A DNA stretch of 64,000 bases from Oscillospiraceae bacterium (GTDB taxonomy: Bacteria > Bacillota > Clostridia > Oscillospirales > CAG-272), in NCBI GenBank assembly GCA_015063745.1, contig SVTO01000004.1:6622-70621 (forward strand). Reading direction: 5' to 3'. Of the stretch, positions 59,700-64,000 are shown in pieces. The notes below the pieces were generated by a model that was given only the letters and a program-made list of their open reading frames with translations, made no database searches and was not told the origin of the DNA. Each line of letters begins with the position of its first letter. The first letter of the stretch is position 1. Position numbers and translations under genes: made by a program.

Positions 59700-62348
59700 T
59701 CACAGCCGGAAGCTGCGGATACCGAAAGGCGGCAGATTGGCTTCGTTTACAGGTTCATAGGTCACTTCCTCCAGAATATCCACGGGACGGACCGGCGTAT
59801 CAAAACGCAGTACGGCCGGTTCTTCCACACCCAGATACCGTGCGATGTACCCCTCTCCGTTTTCCGCACCCTTGAGTGCCATCAGCGGCGCATCCTGGGG
59901 CAGGTTGAAGGGCATATAGGTGCCGGTTGTTTCTGTAAGGGTCTTCTGTACACAGGGGAAGGCCGTGTTCATGGCAGCACCTCTGTGGTAAGGAGTAAGG
60001 TTCCGGTCGGGGGAAGCGGACAGCGTGAAGCGGAAGTGATGCTCCGACTTGTCGCCGGCACCCTCGATATTGAAGGCGCTGGACAGAATGGTTGGGGTAC
60101 GCAGCAGGGGAATCTTTACCATTTTCCGCCAGTCCACAACGGGTGCATACATGGTACCGCGGCGGATCAGGATGTTTTCCAGCTGATGGGCGGGCGTGCC
60201 GTTGTTGCAGATCAGCACATTTACGCCGTCCAGCTCCGCACAGACATAGCGGAGTGCCGGCCATTCATCTGCGTGGCCCTGTTCGCCGCTGCGTCCGGCC
60301 CAGTATTCTCTCTTGATTTTGCCAAGCGGTATTTCGTATTCCAGCTTGTCATCCTTCGGTGCTTCCGGCAGAACCACCTGGGTGGACAGACGGAAGTTTT
60401 CCGCATCAAAGCTGGCGGTAATGTCCGCAAAAAGTTCATCGGAATCGTCGGGCAGTTCGATTTTCAAAGCCCAGTCGAGCATATGTACCTGCTGTTCCGG
60501 ACGGCTGTAGCGGATGCGGATTTCGGCCCACTGTACCGTGTCGGCCTTGTGGCAGGACATGGAACGCTCGAATACTGCCGGCGGTACCATGTTCCGTTCG
60601 ATATCGTTGGCGGTATGGGCATATTCCGTATGGCTGTCCAGTGCGGGATTCACTCTGGCCCAGATATTGCCCGCATCTCCGTTCAGGGTGGGAGCAAAGG
60701 AATCCTTGTCGGCGATGAATTTGCCCGTACCCTTGTCATATACGCTGTCCACGCATCCGTTTTTCAGAACCGCGCGGAGATACTTGTTTTCCAGAACGAT
60801 CTCATCCGGATTGTCAATGGTAACCACATCGGATTTTTCTTCGGGGACGTACTTGAAAACAGCATACCCGAAGGCGGGCAGATCCCCGTAGAATTCCACA
60901 ACGGTCTGCTCATGGGTGGTTTCCTTGGTGTGACGGAAGGAGATCACATCGGTCAGCCGTCCGTCGGGATGGAGAATCTTGCCGCCGGCTGCAGAGGATT
61001 TTACGGAAAGCGCACCCTGCAGACGGACATTCTTCACCGGGAATTCCAGCGGATTGAATACCACAAATGTGCAGGCATCCCCTTCTGCGGCCGTATGCTT
61101 CCGGGTGATTTCGTCGATGACTCTGTTCGTGAACCGGTTGGCCTTTACACAGAGCTGTGCGGCGATGTCCATCAGTTCATCATACGCATCGTCGCTGTGG
61201 GAAGCGGGCGCGGCATCGTGGAAATATAAGAATTCCAGCTGACGCCACAGCCGTTCGATGGCTTTTCTCGGATAGGGAATACCGAATTCCTTTTCGCCGG
61301 CCACACAGAAATGCTCGCAGGTGTTCATGGCGGATTCGCATTTCCGGAGCATCTGCTTCAGCTTGATACGGGCGAAATAACAGCCGGAGAATACGGGATG
61401 TCCCTCTTCACGGGGATCGATCTCCTCATCCGGAATATTGCCGCTCATATACTGCTCGATCACCGCAGCTCTGTCCATCTTCAGAAAATCTTCCATACCG
61501 ATGGGGCATACGGTAAAGCCGGCATCTGCGGCGGCCTCCCGGATCAGATCGAGGGTCGTGTCATTAACAATCCCTTCTTCCGAACCAAGAGTCAGCATAC
61601 CGTCTTCTTCCGGACCACACTGATCGGCCACAAGCTTCACAAGAGCGGCGGCGTGTTCCTTGGTGTTGATTTCCGGGTCGAAGCGGTAACCGTCGTAATG
61701 GCAGGCGGGACAGCCCTCGCCCTTGCACAGATCGCAGACCTGTTTGTAGCCAAAGCTGTACCAGTAATCGATGAACCAGCCGTAGGCATTCTTCATGGCA
61801 ATATTGTGGGCGGCGGTGGCGAGGGGGATAATATCTCCGCTGATACCCCGCCAGAAGGGCCTGGCGTTTTCAAAGGTTCTGTCAAATTTGGAAACACCCT
61901 TGAACCCGAGCTGTGTCAGCAGCGTGGGAAGTCCTGCGGAAATACCGAAGGTATCCGGAAAATCAGCCAGTTCCGGTCTGACACCGAATTCTTCCTTCAG
62001 CCAGCGCAGGGAATAGAGATAGTTGCGCACGATCACTTCGCCGTTCGGCAGATTGGTGTCGATAACCGAGTCGCCGCAGCCCAGCAGATGGAGCTTGCCG
62101 TCCGTGATCATATTACGTACTTCCTCGTACATATCGGGATTTCTTTCCAGATATTCTCTGAGGGAGATGGTTTGTTCCAGATCATAGCAGCCGCCTTGGC
62201 GGATGAAGTTCAGACCGGAGTCGATTTCCATTTCCTGAACATCCGAATAAGGTGCGATGGCGTAACCCTGATAATGACCGTATTTGTAGCGAGGACGGCG
62301 CCAGGTCAGGTCCATGTGGTGTTTATATATCAGATATAATTTTCTCAT
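59700..62348 (-). CDS. Divergent GH38-family alpha-mannosidase-like enzyme
   Basis: GAGGA before ATG 62348. YKHHMDLTW metal-site block. FPDTFGISAGLPTLLTQLG nucleophile block. Variant LYFHDAAPASHSD instead of QFHDxxPGS. CDLCKGEGCPAC insertion. Confidence 0.75.
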   Translation of the reverse strand: MRKLYLIYKHHMDLTWRRPRYKYGHYQGYAIAPYSDVQEMEIDSGLNFIRQGGCYDLEQTISLREYLERNPDMYEEVRNMITDGKLHLLGCGDSVIDTNLPNGEVIVRNYLYSLRWLKEEFGVRPELADFPDTFGISAGLPTLLTQLGFKGVSKFDRTFENARPFWRGISGDIIPLATAAHNIAMKNAYGWFIDYWYSFGYKQVCDLCKGEGCPACHYDGYRFDPEINTKEHAAALVKLVADQCGPEEDGMLTLGSEEGIVNDTTLDLIREAAADAGFTVCPIGMEDFLKMDRAAVIEQYMSGNIPDEEIDPREEGHPVFSGCYFARIKLKQMLRKCESAMNTCEHFCVAGEKEFGIPYPRKAIERLWRQLEFLYFHDAAPASHSDDAYDELMDIAAQLCVKANRFTNRVIDEITRKHTAAEGDACTFVVFNPLEFPVKNVRLQGALSVKSSAAGGKILHPDGRLTDVISFRHTKETTHEQTVVEFYGDLPAFGYAVFKYVPEEKSDVVTIDNPDEIVLENKYLRAVLKNGCVDSVYDKGTGKFIADKDSFAPTLNGDAGNIWARVNPALDSHTEYAHTANDIERNMVPPAVFERSMSCHKADTVQWAEIRIRYSRPEQQVHMLDWALKIELPDDSDELFADITASFDAENFRLSTQVVLPEAPKDDKLEYEIPLGKIKREYWAGRSGEQGHADEWPALRYVCAELDGVNVLICNNGTPAHQLENILIRRGTMYAPVVDWRKMVKIPLLRTPTILSSAFNIEGAGDKSEHHFRFTLSASPDRNLTPYHRGAAMNTAFPCVQKTLTETTGTYMPFNLPQDAPLMALKGAENGEGYIARYLGVEEPAVLRFDTPVRPVDILEEVTYEPVNEANLPPFGIRSFRL

Positions 62349-62382
62349 AAAATCCTCGTATTGTGTTATTGAGGCAGAAAGC

Positions 62383-64000
62383 TTAGTCGGCAAAGCATAC
62401 CTGTACCGCGCTGATGGTATAAGCCGGTACGGGGAGGACTGCGGTGTATCCGTCCGTTTTCACGCTGACAGGGAGTGCATTGCCTGCCAGATCCACAGCA
62501 ACGGCCGTTTTTACAGACTTATTAAAAGTCAGACGAATCTCTCCACCCATACCGTCGGTTTCATATACACGTACCAGTATACCGTTGTTTTCAATCGGCT
62601 GTACGGCAGAAACCACAATATGATCGGATTCGGCCTGAAGGAGAGAGGTTTCCATGGGCAGGACACCTTTGTGGCAGTTGGAAGGCTGATACAACAGGGC
62701 ATGATTGCACCGGAGCGCCATTTCTTCGGCTTCCTTTGCCTGTGCGGGACAGGTACCCAGCCACAGAATGATGTCGTGTTCGTCTCTTTCCGGATAAGGT
62801 TCCGGATCAATAGCACAATTGAATAAAGTCAATGCCAACGCATTGTCCGTACCGCGGTAACCGTATTTGCTGTCGCTGATCAGCACCGCACATTTTTTAG
62901 GATTGCCCAATGCCATACCGTACTGCTGACCGGGGACATCATGGGGAAGCGCTGGTCTGCGGATGGCACCGGCGGGAATACCGTAAAGGAATTCTTCAGT
63001 TTTGTATGCAACGGGAACATGATAGGTAATATTGGGCAGATGATCCTTGTCCATACCGTGCTCCTGCCAGTCGGCCTTTACGGAAATCTTCACTGCGGAA
63101 GCATCTTTGTCCAGACTGTATACCGCTTCAATGCGGGATTCGTTCCAGTGGTATACTGCCTTCACACTCTGCCGCAGTCCGCCGTCGTCCACGGAAGAAA
63201 GTTCCAGACAGCGATCCATGGGCAGGGAACGGATATATCTGCCGATTTTCCAGGCACTCATAGGCACTTTTTCGGTTTCCACATAAGTGAATCCGGCACC
63301 GACTCCGGATGCGATCATTTCATCACCGGTGGATTTGTCCACGAGGGAAACTATACGGCCACTGTGCAGATCAATGCGTACTTTGATACAGTCGTTTTCC
63401 AGTATGTAGTCTTTGTAAGTACTTTCTACTCTGGGTGCCATCAGTCCGTCAATGTTGACGGCATATTCCGTTTCCGGCTTTTCTGAGAGTACTACAGTTG
63501 TGTAACCCATGGCCGGCACATCCGCTTTCACAAGGAGCTTAAAATAACTATGTCCGAAGTAATCGGGATATTGGGAGTACAGGATCTGGAAGGGAAGTTC
63601 GTTTCCCTTGTGATCCTTCATCTGCATTCTGTTCTTGTCTCCCGGCCAGTCCCATACAGTGATTTCGGCCGTTTCTCTCCGGGAGATGGGCAGAGTGTTG
63701 AAAATATGGAAGATTCTTGTTCTGCCGCTACCCCTTTCGGGATTGGAAACACCGATGAAGTTTTCCAAGCCGAACCCAACACCTGCACCCTCGGACTGAC
63801 TGTCATATGCTTCCATGTCCACGGGTATAGAGGAAGTGTCGATTTGCAGGGCGGTGTTGTACATAGCGCCGGAGGTCTGCGTATCGCTCATGGCCTTGGC
63901 GGTCTGATACTGTCCCATTATGTATTCTCTGGATGCCTTCTTGGCCGAACCCGGCAGGATGTCGTGGAACTGACCGAACAGTACACGGGTCCAGGCATCC
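62383..64000 (-). CDS. GH38-family alpha-mannosidase, 5'-truncated by the window edge
   Basis: The frame stays open beyond the listed Met (63918) to base 64000. Translation of 63919-63999 gives DAWTRVLFGQFHDILPGSAKKASREYI, containing the canonical GH38 FHDxxxGS block. The C-terminal beta-domains follow. Confidence 0.8.
   Translation of the reverse strand, partial: DAWTRVLFGQFHDILPGSAKKASREYIMGQYQTAKAMSDTQTSGAMYNTALQIDTSSIPVDMEAYDSQSEGAGVGFGLENFIGVSNPERGSGRTRIFHIFNTLPISRRETAEITVWDWPGDKNRMQMKDHKGNELPFQILYSQYPDYFGHSYFKLLVKADVPAMGYTTVVLSEKPETEYAVNIDGLMAPRVESTYKDYILENDCIKVRIDLHSGRIVSLVDKSTGDEMIASGVGAGFTYVETEKVPMSAWKIGRYIRSLPMDRCLELSSVDDGGLRQSVKAVYHWNESRIEAVYSLDKDASAVKISVKADWQEHGMDKDHLPNITYHVPVAYKTEEFLYGIPAGAIRRPALPHDVPGQQYGMALGNPKKCAVLISDSKYGYRGTDNALALTLFNCAIDPEPYPERDEHDIILWLGTCPAQAKEAEEMALRCNHALLYQPSNCHKGVLPMETSLLQAESDHIVVSAVQPIENNGILVRVYETDGMGGEIRLTFNKSVKTAVAVDLAGNALPVSVKTDGYTAVLPVPAYTISAVQVCFAD

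Noticed and set aside
63919-64000. Treating Met at 63918 as the start of the last gene
   Set aside because: The frame stays open to the window edge, and the upstream translation contains the GH38 FHDILPGS block. The gene is therefore 5'-truncated, not complete.
1-64000. Search for tRNA, rRNA, CRISPR arrays, transposases, integrases, phage or toxin-antitoxin/defence genes
   Set aside because: I found no cloverleaf-like conserved arms (for example GGTTCGAATCC-type T-loops), no regularly spaced direct repeats, and no ORF with recombinase, nuclease-ATPase or small TA-pair features. A by-eye scan can miss small RNAs, so tRNAscan, Infernal and defence-system HMM scans should confirm.

Overview
64-kb chromosomal segment from a moderately GC-rich, Clostridia-like anaerobe. 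The taxon is inferred only from gene content: DUF4367-linked sigma factors, a CotH/VTC/DUF4956 trio, a corrinoid methyltransferase cassette and a PTS+MapP module. I can support about 50 protein-coding genes and a set of promoters, intrinsic terminators and one metalloregulator operator. I recognised no rRNA, tRNA, CRISPR array, transposase, integrase or phage gene. Layout: (1) 89-7311, envelope/membrane genes plus an ECF-type sigma factor. (2) 7517-10951, an orphan 1144-aa cytoplasmic glycosidase-like gene. (3) 11076-15918, a lipoprotein serpin, a Tyr-phosphatase and a second sigma/DUF4367 pair followed by a very Cys-rich exported protein. (4) 16087-21363, a four-gene wall-glycopolymer modification operon. 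(5) 21560-25047, CotH lipoprotein, VTC domain and DUF4956. (6) 25259-31647, glycogen phosphorylase, PTS EIICB, MapP-like phosphatase and MalQ. (7) 31785-34287, a CadC/HMA/P1B-ATPase metal efflux operon with a textbook operator-in-promoter. (8) 35460-40355, a corrinoid methyltransferase cassette. (9) glmS. (10) 43619 to the window end, a long minus-strand cytoplasmic glycan-processing locus. The best candidates for undescribed biology are the following. First, the glycan locus packs four phosphoesterase folds, three tandem SGNH esterases and three unassignable proteins around two GH38 enzymes. Second, the CotH-VTC-DUF4956 operon may be a bacterial VTC-like polyphosphate/phosphoryl-export machine feeding a surface kinase. 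Third, an AraC regulator ORF has no stop codon and reads in frame into the B12-binding corrinoid protein. Fourth, the sigma/DUF4367/21-Cys exported protein operon. Fifth, a roughly 85-nt palindrome-containing intergenic repeat occurs twice in opposite orientation. All functional calls come from motifs read by eye in the supplied translations; no database search was run.
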